Shown here: positions 28,201 to 42,269 of the stretch, in pieces
Numbering within the stretch: position 1 is the stretch's first letter
How the letters are laid out: the number at the start of each line of letters is the position of its first letter
From: Haplodiscus bocki
Taxonomy: Eukaryota
Assembly (NCBI GenBank): GCA_965655095.1
Contig: OZ296659.1
Coordinates: 24,056,001 to 24,120,000 of the forward strand
Length of the DNA: 64,000 nt
Direction: 5' to 3'
Translations under genes and position numbers: made by a program
The notes under the pieces: model-generated
Told to the model about the DNA's origin: nothing
Databases searched by the model: none
Seen by the model: the letters and a program-made list of their open reading frames with translations, nothing else

Positions 28201-31200
28201 TCACGATTGTGGAAACCTGGTTACTGGATACATTTTTCTAAAACGTAAAAACATAGACGGACAAAACGCGAAAGTCACAAGAAGCAAATGAAAAAAGGAT
28301 TATCAGAAGGTAAAAACCATTTTTCAAGTATCACAACCCAGTCCCAAACATCAAATTTATTTTGACAAAAAAAAACATTCACACAAACACTATCCTTAGT
28401 CCGATAAAAACGTGGAATAAGGAAGAAGATTTAACTTCGAGAAAGCCTTAAAAGAAACAGGACAAGCAAACGAAAATTGCAAAAATAGAAGGCGAAACCT
28501 ATCACTCATGTAATTGAAATATCGAAATTCTGCTGAATCGAGAACCTGCTACGTTAGCGAAACAGTTGAATCCAAGATTCCAATCTTCAAAGAAAGCGTA
28601 GAAGTCAAAGTTGATGGAATACAGGAAGACACAAAACTCGAAAAGAGAAAAACAGGAAAAAAGACCTCAGATGGTAAAAGCCCTCTTCCATGTAATAGCC
28701 CTCAATGCTGAAAATCACAAAGTTCGACAAACTCAGATAACATTCAAAGGAAAGTTATCATTAGTTTGAAAAAAGTAATTTGAAAGACACGTTCTAGTGA
28801 AAAGGAAAAGAAATCGAACAGGGATGATCAGTCGGTAAGATTCATCCTTCATGTATCAGAACACAGTGCTAAACATTACATTCATTTGGACAAACTAACG
28901 AAACATTCAAAACAACACTATCTACAGTTTGATAAAAACATGGAGCAAAGAAAAACGTTACACTTGAAGAAAACGTAAAAGTAAACGACAACAACAATCG
29001 AAAAAAGCAATTTTTGAAGGCAAGACCTATTTCTTATATACTATAAACATGGAAGTTCGGTTAAACAGCCTAAACAGTTGGAACAGTTATCAGAATCGAA
29101 ACAAAGCGGTACTGTAAAAAATAATGGAAATAAGGAAAGGACGAAAACCGAAAAACAGAAAAAAAACAGGGAAAATGCGATATCAGATGGTAAAAGCTAC
29201 GTTTCATGCATCAGAACCCATATTTGCACATCACAGTAGGTACTCCAAACTAGCCAAACAGAATCGACCAAAATCACCACCGGTGAAAATCAGTTGTTAG
29301 TGGAAGAATTGTTGTATTACGTAGACAGACAAAACTCGAAAATCAGGAGAAGCAAACCAACATGGGATTATAGGAAGGTGAAAACTATCTTCCATAAAGC
29401 AGCTCCAAGTGCTGAATTTCAAATAAATTTCGAGAAACTAATGCAACATTCGAAAAACACTTATAACTACATTGGAAAAAAACACGGCACAAGGATCACT
29501 GTTACACTTGAAGAAAAAGTACTACTAAAAAAGGAAAAACCAGTCGACGATCAAACCAAAATCACAAGCTAAAAGCTACCTTTCACGTAAGAGTGCTATG
29601 GAAGATCTGACAAACTAAAGGAACCTTTATATCAAGGATAACAAGCTTGAAAAAAGTTGCAGCTGTCAAACTCAATGGGGGCATATAAAGGACGAAAATC
29701 CTTAGGGGAAAATAAAGGACTAAAATCAGAAATGTAACAGCCAGAAAAAAGAGAGCCGAAGGTAAAATCAACCATACAATTATCAGAAGCCAGATTTGAA
29801 CATCACAAAAAATTCCACCAACCAACGCAACAAACAAATCGACCAGAATCACGATTGTGGAAATCTGGTTACTGGATACATTTTTCTAAAACGTAAAAAC
29901 ATAGACGGACAAAACGCGAAAGTCACAAGAAGCAAATGAAAAAAGGATTATCAGAAGGTAAAAACCATTTTTCAAGTATCACAACCCAGTCCCAAACATC
30001 AAATTTATTTTGACAAAAAAAACATTCACACAAACACTATCCTTAGTCCGATAAAAACGTGGAATAAGGAAGAAGATTTAACTTCGAGAAAGCGTTAACA
30101 GAAACAGGACAAGCAACCGAAAAATGCCAAAATAGAAGGCGAAACCTATCACTCATATAATAGAAATATCGAAATTCTGCTGAATCGAAAACCTGCTACA
30201 TTAGCAAAACAGTTGAATCCAAAATTGTAATCTTTAAAGAAAGCGGAAAAGTCAAAGTTGATGGAGAACAGGAAGACCCAAGACTCGAAAAGAGAAAAAC
30301 AGGAAAAAAGACCTCAGATGGTAAAAGCTCTCTTCCATGTAAAAGCCCTCAATGCCGAACACCACAAAGTTCGACAAACTCAGATAACATTCAAAGGAAA
30401 GTTATCATTAGTTTGAAAAAATTAACTTGAAAGACACGTTCTACTGAAAAGGAAAAGAAAACGAACAAAGGATTATCAGTCGGTAAGATTCATCTTTCAT
30501 GTAGCAGAACACAGTGCTAAACATCACATTCATTTGGACAAACTAGCGAAACATTCAAACCAACACTATCTACAGTTTGATAAAAACTTGGAGCAAAGAA
30601 AAATGTTACACTTCAAGAAAACGTAAAAGTAAACGACAACAACAACAAACGAAAAAGGCAATTTTTGAAGGCAAGACCTATTTCTTATATACTATAAACA
30701 TGGAAGTTCGGTTAAACAGCCTAAACAGTTGGAACAGTTATCAGAATCGAAACAAAGCGGTACTGTCAAAAATAATGGAAATAAGGAAAGGACGAAAACC
30801 GAAAAACAGAAAAAAAACAGGGAAAATGCGATATCAGATGGTAAAAGCTACGTTTCATGCATCAGAACCCATATTTGCACATCACAGTAGGTACTCCAAA
30901 CTAGCCAAACAGAATCGACCAAAATCACCACCGGTGAAAATCAGTTGTTAGTGGAAGAATTGTTGTATTACGTAGACAGACAAAACTCGAAAATCAGGAG
31001 AAGCAAACCAACATGGGATTATAGGAAGGTGAAAACTATCTTCCATAAAGCAGCTCCAAGTGCTGAATTTCAAATAAATTTCGAGAAACTAATGCAACAT
31101 TCGAAAAACACTTATAACTACATTGGAAAAAAACACGGCACAAGGATCACTGTTACACTTGAAGAAAAAGTACTACTAAAAAAGGAAAAACCAGTCGACA

Positions 31201-34200
31201 ATCAAACCAAAATCACAAGCTAAAAGCTACCTTTCACGTAAGAGAGCTATGGAAGATCTGACAAAGTAAAGGAACCTTTATATCAAGGATAACAAGCTTG
31301 AAAAAAGTTGCAGCTGTCAAACTCAATGGGGGCATATATAGGACGAAAATCCTTAGGGGAAAATAAAGGACGAAAATCAGAAATGTAACAGCCAGAAAAA
31401 AGAGAGCCGAAGGTAAAATCAACCATACAATTATCAGAAGCCAGATTTGAACATCACAAAAAATTCCACCAACCAACGCAACAAACAAATCGACCAGAAT
31501 CACGATTGTGGAAATCTGGTTACATTTTTCTAAAACGTAAAAACATAGACGGACAAAACGCGAAAGTCACAAGAAGCAAATGAAAAAAGGATTATCAGAA
31601 GGTAAAAACCATTTTTCAAGTATCACAACCCAGTCCCAAACATCAAATTTATTTTGACAAAAAAAAACATTCACACAAACACTATCCTTAGTCCGATAAA
31701 AACGTGGAATAAGGAAGAAGATTTAACTTCGAGAAAGCGTTAACAGAAACAGGACAAGCAACCGAAAAATGCCAAAATAGAAGGCGAAACCTATCACTCA
31801 TATAATAGAAATATCGAAATTCTGCTGAATCGAAAACCTGCTACATTAGCAAAACAGTTGAATCCAAAATTGTAATCTTTAAAGAAAGCGGAGAAGTCAA
31901 AGTTGATGGAGAACAGGAAGACCCAAGACTCGAAAAGAGAAAAACAGGAAAAAAGACCTCAGATGGTAAAAGCTCTCTTCCATGTAAAAGCCCTCAATGC
32001 CGAACACCACAAAGTTCGACAAACTCAGATAACATTCAAAGGAAAGTTATCATTAGTTTGAAAAAATTAACTTGAAAGACACGTTCTACTGAAAAGGAAA
32101 AGAAAACGAACAAAGGATTATCAGTCGGTAAGATTCATCTTTCATGTAGCAGAACACAGTGCTAAACATCACATTCATTTGGACAAACTAGCGAAACATT
32201 CAAACCAACACTATCTACAGTTTGATAAAAACTTGGAGCAAAGAAAAATGTTACACTTCAAGAAAACGTAAAAGTAAACGACAACAACAATCGAAAAAAG
32301 CAATTTTTGAAGGCAAGACCGATTTTTTAAATAGTATTAACATGGAAGTTCGGTTAAACAGCCTAAACAGTTGGAACAATTATCAGAATCAAAACAAAGC
32401 GGTGCTGTCAGAAATAATGGAATGAAGGAAAGGACGAAAACCGAAAAACTGAAAAAAAAACAGTGAAAATGCGATATCAGATGGTAAAAGCTACCTTTCA
32501 TGCAACAGAACCCAGATTTGCACATCACAGTAGCTACTCCAAACTAGCCAAACAGAATCGACCAAAATCACCACCGGTGAAAATCAGCTGTTAGTGGAAG
32601 CATTGTTGCAATACGTAGACAGACAAAACACGAAAATCAGGAGAAGAAAACCACCATGGGATTATCAGAAGGTAAAAACTATCTTCCATACATCAGCTCC
32701 AAAAGCTGAATTTCACATAAATTTCGAGAAACTAATGCAACATTCGAAAAACACTTATAACTACATTGGAAAACACGGCACAAGGATCACTGTTACACTT
32801 GAGAAATGTACTACTAAAGAGGGAAGCACCAGAAGACGATCAAAGCAATATCAGAACATAAAAGCTACCTTCCACGTATGAGAGCTATGGAAGATCTGAC
32901 AAACTAACGAAACCTTTATATCAAGGATAACAAGCTTGAAAAAAGTTGCAGCTGTCAAACTCAATGGGGGCATATAAATGACGAAAATCCTTAGGGGAAA
33001 ATAAAGGACGAAAATCAGAAATGTAACAGCCAGAAAAAAGAGAGCCGAAGTAAAATCAACCATACAATTATCAGAAGCCAGATTTGAACATCACAAAAAA
33101 TTCCACCAACCAACGCAACAAACAAATCGACCAGAATCACGATTGTGGAAATCTGGTTACTGGATACATTTTTCAAAAACGTAAAAACATAGACGGACAA
33201 AACGCGAAAGTCACAAGAAGCAAATGAAAAAAGGATTATCAGAAGGTAAAAACCATTTTTCAAGTATCACAACCCAGTCCCAAACATCAAATTTATTTTG
33301 ACAAAAAAAACATTCACACAAACACTATCCTTAGTCCGATAAAAACGTGGAATAAGGAAGAAGATTTAACTTCGAGAAAGCGTTAACAGAAACAGGACAA
33401 GCAAACGAAAAATGCCAAAATAGAAGGCGAAACCTATCACTCATATAATAGAAATATCGAAATTCTGCTGAATCGAAAACCTGCTACATTAGCAAAACAG
33501 TTGAATCCAAAATTGTAATCTTTAAAGAAAGCGGAGAAGTCAAAGTTGATGGCGAACAGGAAGACACAAAACTCGAAAAGAGAAAAACAGGAAAAAAGTC
33601 CTCAGATGGTAAAAGCCCTCTTCCATGTAATAGCCCTCAATGCTGAAAATCACAAAGTTCGACAAACTCAGATAACATTCAAAGGAAAGTTATCATTAGT
33701 TTGAAAAACGTAATTTGAAAGACACGTTCTAGTGAAAATGAAAAGAAATCGAACAGGGATGATCAGTCGGTAAGATTCATCCTTCATGTATCAGAACACA
33801 GTGCTAAACATTACATTCATTTGGACAAACTAACGAAACATTCAAACCAACACTATCTACAGTTTGATAAAATCTTGGAGCAAAGAAAAATGTTACACTT
33901 GAAGAAAACGTAAAAGTAAACGACAACAACAATCGAAAAAAGCAACTTTTGAAGGCAAGACCTATTTCTTATATACTATAAACATGGAAGTTCGGTTAAA
34001 CAGCATAAACAGTTGGAACAGTTATCAGAATCGAAACAAAGCGGTACTGTCAGAAATAATGGGAATAGGGAAAGGACTAAAACCGAAAAACAGAAAAAAA
34101 AACAGGGAAAATGCGATATCAGATGGTAAAAGCTACGTTTCATGCATCAGAACCCATATTTGCACATCACAGTAGGTACTCCAAACTAGCCAAACAGAAT

Positions 34201-37200
34201 CGACCAAAATCACCACCGGTGAAAATCAGTTGTTAGTGGAAGAATTGTTGTAATACGTAGACAGACAAAACACGAAAATCAGGAGAAGCAAACCAACATG
34301 GGATTATAGGAAGGTGAAAACTATCTTCCATAAAGCAGCTCCAAGTGCTGAATTTCAAATAAATTTCGAGAAACTAATGCAACATTCGAAAAACACTTAT
34401 AACTACATTGGAAAAAAACACGGCACAAGGATCACTGTTACACTTGAAGAAAAAGTACTACTAAAAAAGGAAAAACCAGTCGACGATCAAACCAAAATCA
34501 CAAGCTAAAAGCTACCTTTCACGTAAGAGAGCTATGGAAGATCTGACAAACTAAAGGAACCTTTATATCAAGGATAACAAGCTTGAAAAAAGTTGCAGCT
34601 GTCAAACTCAATGGGGGCATATAAAGGACGAAAATCCTTAGCGGAAAATAAAGGACGAAAATCAGAAATGTAACAGCTAGAAAAGAGAGCCGATGGTAAA
34701 ATCAACCATACAATTATCAGAAGCCAGATTTGAACATCACAAAAAATCCACCAACCAACGCAACAAAAGAATCGACCAGAATCACGATCGTGGGAAACTG
34801 GTTACTGGATACATTTTTCTAAAACGTAAAAACATAGACTGACAAAACGCGAAAGTCACGAGAAGCAAATGAAAAAAAGGATTATCAGAAGTTAAAAACC
34901 ATTTTTCATGTATCACAACCCAGTCCCAAACATCAAATTCATTTTGACAAAAAAACATTCACACAAACACTATCCTTAGTCCGATAACAACTGGGAATAG
35001 GGAAGAATATTTAACTTCCAGAAAGCCTTAAAAGAAACAGGACAAGCAAACGAAAATTGCAAAAATAGAAGGCGAAACCTATCACTCATGTAATTGAAAT
35101 ATCGAAATTCTGCTGAATCGAGAACCTGCTACGTTAGCGAAACAGTTGAATCCAAGATTCCAATCTTCAAAGAAAGCGTAGAAGTCAAAGTTGATGGAAT
35201 ACAGGAAGACACAAAACTCGAAAAGAGAAAAACAGGAAAAAAGTCCTCAGATGGTAAAAGCCCTCTTCCATGTAATAGCCCTCAATGCTGAAAATCACAA
35301 AGTTCGACAAACTCAGATAACATTCAAAGGAAAGTTATCATTAGTTTGAAAAAAGTAATTTGAAAGACACGTTCTAGTGAAAATGAAAAGAAATCGAACA
35401 GGGATGATCAGTCGGTAAGATTCATCCTTCATGTATCAGAACACAGTGCTAAACATTACATTCATTTGGACAAACTAACGAAACATTCAAACCAACACTA
35501 TCTATATTTTGATAAAAACTTGGAGCAAGGAAAAATGTTACACTTCAAGAAAACGTAAAAGTAAACGACAACAACATCAATCGAAAAACGCAATTTTAGA
35601 AGGCAAAAGCTATTTATCATACAGTAGAAACATGGAAGTTCGGTTAAACAGCCTAAACAGTTGGAACAGTTATCAGAATCGAAACAAAGCGGTACTGTCA
35701 GAAACAATGGGAATAGGGAAAGGACTAAAACCGAAAAACAGAAAAAAACAGGGAAAATGCGATATCAGATGGTAAAAGCTACGTTTCATGCATCAGAACC
35801 CATATTTGCACATCACAGTAGGTACTCCAAACTAGCCGAACAGAATCGACCAAAATCACCACCGGTGAAAATCAGTTGTTAGTGGAAGAATTGTTGTAAT
35901 ACGTAGACAGACAAAACACGAAAATCAGGAGAAGCAAACCAACATGGGATTCTAGGAAGGTGAAAACTATCTTCCATAAAGCAGCTCCAAGTGCTGAATT
36001 TCAAATAAATTTCGAGAAACTAATGCAACATTCGAAAAACACTTATAACTACATTGGAAAAAAACACGGCACAAGGATCACTGTTACACTTGAAGAAAAA
36101 GTACTACTAAAAAAGGAAAAACCAGTCGACGATCAAACCAAAATCACAAGCTAAAAGCTACCTTTCACGTAAGAGAGCTATGGAAGATCTGACAAACTAA
36201 AGGAACCTTTATATCAAGGATAACAAGCTTGAAAAAAGTTGCAGCTGTCAAACTCAATGGGGGCATATAAAGGACGAAAATCCTTAGCGGAAAAAAAAGG
36301 ACGAAAATCAGAAATGTAACAGCTAGAAAAGAGAGCCGATGGTAAAATCAACCATACAATTATCAGAAGCCAGATTTGAACATCACAAAAAAATCCACCA
36401 ACCAACGCAACAAAAGAATCGACCAGAATCACGATCGTGGGAAACTGGTTACTGGATACATTTTTCTAAAACGTAAAAACATAGACTGACAAAACGCGAA
36501 AGTCACAAGAAGCAAATGAAAAGAAGGATTATCAGAAGTTAAAAACCATTTTTCATGTATCACAACCCAGTCCCAAACATCAAATTCATTTTGACAAAAA
36601 AACATTCACACAAACACTATCCTTAGTCCGATAACAACTGGGAATAGGGAAGAATATTTAACTTCCAGAAAGTCTTAAAAGAAACAGGACAAGCAAACGA
36701 AAATTGCAAAAATAGAAGGCGAAACCTATCACTCATGTAATTGAAATATCGAAATTCTGCTGAATCGAGAACCTGCTACGTTAGCGAAACAGTTGAATCC
36801 AAGATTCCAATCTTCAAAGAAAGCGTAGAAGTCAAAGTTGATGGAATACAGGAAGACACAAAACTCGAAAAGAGAAAAACAGGAAAAAAGTCCTCAGATG
36901 GTAAAAGCCCTCTTCCATGTAATAGCCCTCAATGCTGAAAATCACAAAGTTCGACAAACTCAGATAACATTCAAAGGAAAGTTATCATTAGTTTGAAAAA
37001 CGTAATTTGAAAGACACGTTCTAGTGAAAATGAAAAGAAATCGAACAGGGATGATCAGTCGGTAAGATTCATCCTTCATGTATCAGAACACAGTGCTAAA
37101 CATTACATTCATTTGGACAAACTAACGAAACATTCAAACCAACACTATCTATATTTTGATAAAAACTTGTAGCAAAGAAAAATGTTACACTTGAAGAAAA

Positions 37201-38080
37201 CGTAAAAGTAAACGACAACAATCGAAAAAAGCAATTTTTGAAGGCAAGACCTATTTCTTATATACTATAAACATGGAAGTTCGGTTAAACAGCCTAAACA
37301 GTTGGAACAGTTATCAGAATCGAAACAAAGCGGTACTGTCAGAAATAATGGAAATAGGGAAAGGACGAAAACCGAAAAACAGAAAAAAAAACAGGGAAAA
37401 TGCGATATCAGATGGTAAAAGCTACGTTTCATGCATCAGAACCCATATTTGCACATCACAGTAGGTACTCCAAACTAGCCAAACAGATTCGACCAAAATC
37501 ACCACCGGTGAAAATCAGTTGTTAGTGGAAGAATTGTTGTAATACGTAGACAGACAAAACACGAAAATCAGAAGCAAACCAACATGGGATTATAGGAAGG
37601 TGAAAACTATCTTCCATAAAGCAGCTCCAAGTGCTGAATTTCAAATAAATTTCGAGAAACTAATGCAACATTCGAAAAACACTTATAACTACATTGGAAA
37701 AAAACACGGCACAAGGATCACTGTTACACTTGAAGAAAAAGTACTACTAAAAAAGGAAAAACCAGTCGACGATCAAACCAAAATCACAAGCTAAAAGCTA
37801 CCTTTCACGTAAGAGAGCTATGGAAGATCTGACAAACTAAAGGAACCTTTATATCAAGGATAACAAGCTTGAAAAAAGTTGCAGCTGTCAAACTCAATGG
37901 GGGCATATGAAGGACGAAAATCCTTAGGGGAAAAAAGGACGAAAATCAGAAATGTAACAGCCAGAAAAACGAGAGAGCCGAAGGTAAAATCAATCATACA
38001 ATTATCAGAAGCCAGATTTGAACATCAAAGAAAATCCACCAACCAACGCAACAAACAAATCGACCAAAATCAGGATTGTG

Positions 38081-40139
38081 GACAACTGGTTTCTGGATAC
38101 ACTTTCTATAACGTAAACACATAGACGGACAAAACGCGAAAGTCACAAGAAGCAAAAGAACAAAGGATTAAATATGAGAATGTACAATTCATCTTTCATG
38201 CATCACAACCTAGTGCTAAACATCACATTCATTTCGAAAAAAGTTCCAACGGCGGATTGCATGCAGGACAAGAATGTGAAGCTACCTTTCATGTATCAGC
38301 CCCCAGTGCCGGACATGACGAAGTTCGACAAACTTAGGTTTTATTCAAAAAAATTTCTCATTAGTTTCGAAAAAAAACTTAGAACACACGTTCTACTGAA
38401 AAGCGGAACACAGGATAAGTGAACGAACAAAGCAAAATCAGAAAGTAAAATCTCTTTCATGTAACAGAACTATTGAGGATCTGACAAACTAACGAAAAAT
38501 TTTCGGCAACAATAACAAGCTTGAAAAAGTTACAGCTGTCAAACTCAGGGGCAATAAAAAGGACGAAAATCCCTGGGTGAATATAGAGGAGGAAAATCAG
38601 AAACGTAACAGTAAGAAATATGAGAGATGAGAAGGTAAAATCTATTTTACATTTATCGGAACCCAGATTTGAAGATGACAAAAAACTCTACAAACCAGCG
38701 GAACAAACAAATCGGCCAACATCCCGTTCGTGGACAACTGGTTTCTGGATGCACTTTCTATAACGTAAACACATAGACGGACAAAACGCCAAAGTCACAA
38801 GAAGCAAAAGAACAAAAGATTAAATATGAGAATGTACAATTCATCTTTCGTGCATCACAACCCAGTGCTAAACATCACATTCATTTCGAAAAATGTTCAA
38901 ACGGCGGATTGCATGCAGGACAAGAATGTGAAGATACCTTTCATGTACCGGCTCGCAGTGCCGAACATCACGAAGTTCGACAAACTTAGGTTTCATTCAA
39001 AAAAAACTTATCATGAATCTGGAAAAAACTTAGAACACACGTTCTACTGAAAAGCGAAAAACAGGATAAGTGAACGAACAAAGCAAAATCAGAAATTAAA
39101 ATCTCTTTCATGTAACAGAACTATTGAAGATCTGACAAACTAACGAAAAATTTTCGGCAACAATAACAAGCTTGAAAAAGTTACAGCTGTCAAACTCAGG
39201 GGCAATAAAAAGGACGAAAATCCCTGGGTGAATATAGAGGAGGAAAATCAGAAACGTAACAGTAAGAAATATGAGAGATGAGAAGGTAAAATCTATTTTA
39301 CATTTATCGGAACCCAGATTTGAAGATGACAAAAAACTCTACAAACCAGCGGAACAAACAAATCGGCCAACATCCCGTTCGTGGACAACTGGTTTCTGGA
39401 TGCACTTTCTATAACGTAAACACATAGACAGACAAAACGCCAAAGTCACAAGAAGCAAAAGAACAAAAGATTAAATATGAGAATGTACAATTCATCTTTC
39501 GTGCATCATAACCCCGTGCTAAACATCACATTCATTTCGAAAAATGTTCCAACGGCGGATTGCATGCAGGACAAGAATGTGAAGATACCTTTCATGTACC
39601 GGCTCGCAGTGCCGAACATCACGAAGTTCGACAAACTTAGGTTTCATTCAAAAAAAACTTATCATGAATCTGGAAAAAACTTAGAACACACGTTCTACTG
39701 AAAAGCGAAAAACAGGATAAGTGAACGAACAAAGCAAAATCAGAAATTAAAATCTCTTTCATGTAACAGAACTATTGAAGATCTGACAAACTAAAGAACG
39801 CTTTTTATCAATAATAACAAGCTTCGAAAAAGTTGCGCTGTCATACTTCGGGGAACAAAAACGACGGAAATCAGAAAGGAACAACCAGGGATTTGATAGA
39901 TCGAAAGGGAAAAGCTATCCTATATCTATCAGAAAATAGATTTGAATATGACAAAAGTTTCTAAAAACCAACTGAACAAACAAACCGATCAATGTTTCGA
40001 TCCTGGACACCTGGTTGCTGGATATATTTTTCTGATACGTCGACGACGGAAAAAACTCGAAAATCACGAGAGGCAAATGAACAATGGATTAGCAGAAGCT
40101 AAATTTCATTTTTTAAGTATCAGAACCCAGTGCTGAACA
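38081..40139. repeat. Satellite family II, first block (~3 units of ~651 bp)
   Basis: Markers at 38174, 38826 and 39477 (spacing 652, 651). The sequence matches the large right-hand array. Confidence 0.95.
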
Positions 40140-42269
40140 TCTAGGAAGGTGAAAACTATCTTCCATAAAGCAGCTCCAAGTGCTGAATTTCAAATAAATT
40201 TCGAGAAACTAATGCAACATTCGAAAAACACTTATAACTACATTGGAAAAAAACACGGCACAAGGATCACTGTTACACTTGAAGAAAAAGTACTACTAAA
40301 AAAGGAAAAACCAGTCGACGATCAAACCAAAATCACAAGCTAAAAGCTACCTTTCACGTAAGAGAGCTATGGAAGATCTGACAAACTAAAGGAACCTTTA
40401 TATCAAGGATAACAAGCTTGAAAAAAGTTGCAGCTGTCAAACTCAATGGGGGCATATAAAGGACGAAAATCCTTAGCGGAAAAAAAAGGACGAAAATCAG
40501 AAATGTAACAGCTAGAAAAGAGAGCCGATGGTAAAATCAACCATACAATTATCAGAAGCCAGATTTGAACATCACAAAAAAATCCACCAACCAACGCAAC
40601 AAAAGAATCGACCAGAATCACGATCGTGGGAAACTGGTTACTGGATACATTTTTCTAAAACGTAAAAACATAGACTGACAAAACGCGAAAGTCACAAGAA
40701 GCAAATGAAAAGAAGGATTATCAGAAGTTAAAAACCATTTTTCATGTATCACAACCCAGTCCCAAACATCAAATTCATTTTGACAAAAAAACATTCACAC
40801 AAACACTATCCTTAGTCCGATAACAACTGGGAATAGGGAAGAATATTTAACTTCCAGAAAGTCTTAAAAGAAACAGGACAAGCAAACGAAAATTGCAAAA
40901 ATAGAAGGCGAAACCTATCACTCATGTAATTGAAATATCGAAATTCTGCTGAATCGAGAACCTGCTACGTTAGCGAAACAGTTGAATCCAAGATTCCAAT
41001 CTTCAAAGAAAGCGTAGAAGTCAAAGTTGATGGAATACAGGAAGACACAAAACTCGAAAAGAGAAAAACAGGAAAAAAGTCCTCAGATGGTAAAAGCCCT
41101 CTTCCATGTAATAGCCCTCAATGCTGAAAATCACAAAGTTCGACAAACTCAGATAACATTCAAAGGAAAGTTATCATTAGTTTGAAAAACGTAATTTGAA
41201 AGACACGTTCTAGTGAAAATGAAAAGAAATCGAACAGGGATGATCAGTCGGTAAGATTCATCCTTCATGTATCAGAACACAGTGCTAAACATTACATTCA
41301 TTTGGACAAACTAACGAAACATTCAAACCAACACTATCTATATTTTGATAAAAACTTGTAGCAAAGAAAAATGTTACACTTGAAGAAAACGTAAAAGTAA
41401 ACGACAACAATCGAAAAAAGCAATTTTTGAAGGCAAGACCTATTTCTTATATACTATAAACATGGAAGTTCGGTTAAACAGCCTAAACAGTTGGAACAGT
41501 TATCAGAATCGAAACAAAGCGGTACTGTCAGAAATAATGGAAATAGGGAAAGGACGAAAACCGAAAAACAGAAAAAAAAACAGGGAAAATGCGATATCAG
41601 ATGGTAAAAGCTACGTTTCATGCATCAGAACCCATATTTGCACATCACAGTAGGTACTCCAAACTAGCCAAACAGATTCGACCAAAATCACCACCGGTGA
41701 AAATCAGTTGTTAGTGGAAGAATTGTTGTAATACGTAGACAGACAAAACACGAAAATCAGAAGCAAACCAACATGGGATTATAGGAAGGTGAAAACTATC
41801 TTCCATAAAGCAGCTCCAAGTGCTGAATTTCAAATAAATTTCGAGAAACTAATGCAACATTCGAAAAACACTTATAACTACATTGGAAAAAAACACGGCA
41901 CAAGGATCACTGTTACACTTGAAGAAAAAGTACTACTAAAAAAGGAAAAACCAGTCGACGATCAAACCAAAATCACAAGCTAAAAGCTACCTTTCACGTA
42001 AGAGAGCTATGGAAGATCTGACAAACTAAAGGAACCTTTATATCAAGGATAACAAGCTTGAAAAAAGTTGCAGCTGTCAAACTCAATGGGGGCATATGAA
42101 GGACGAAAATCCTTAGGGGAAAAAAGGACGAAAATCAGAAATGTAACAGCCAGAAAAACGAGAGAGCCGAAGGTAAAATCAATCATACAATTATCAGAAG
42201 CCAGATTTGAACATCAAAGAAAATCCACCAACCAACGCAACAAACAAATCGACCAAAATCAGGATTGTG
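40140..42269. repeat. Island of family I (~1.3 units) embedded in family II
   Basis: Family I markers at 40149 and 41789 (1,640 apart), flanked by family II sequence on both sides. Confidence 0.95.

Larger units (their letters stand above)
1..38080. repeat. Satellite family I: ~23 tandem copies of a ~1,640-1,652 bp unit (array runs off the left edge)
   Basis: The marker G(T)GAAAACTATCTTCCATA (MKTIFHK in the ORF track) recurs at 1381, 3029, 4681, 6331, 7978, 9626, ~11273, ~12925, 14572, ~16222, ~17873, ~19512, 21151, 22798, 24439, ~26082, 27730, ~29378, ~31029, ~32672, 34314, 35960 and 37600. Spacings are 1,639-1,652 bp and all copies are in the same orientation. Confidence 0.98.
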
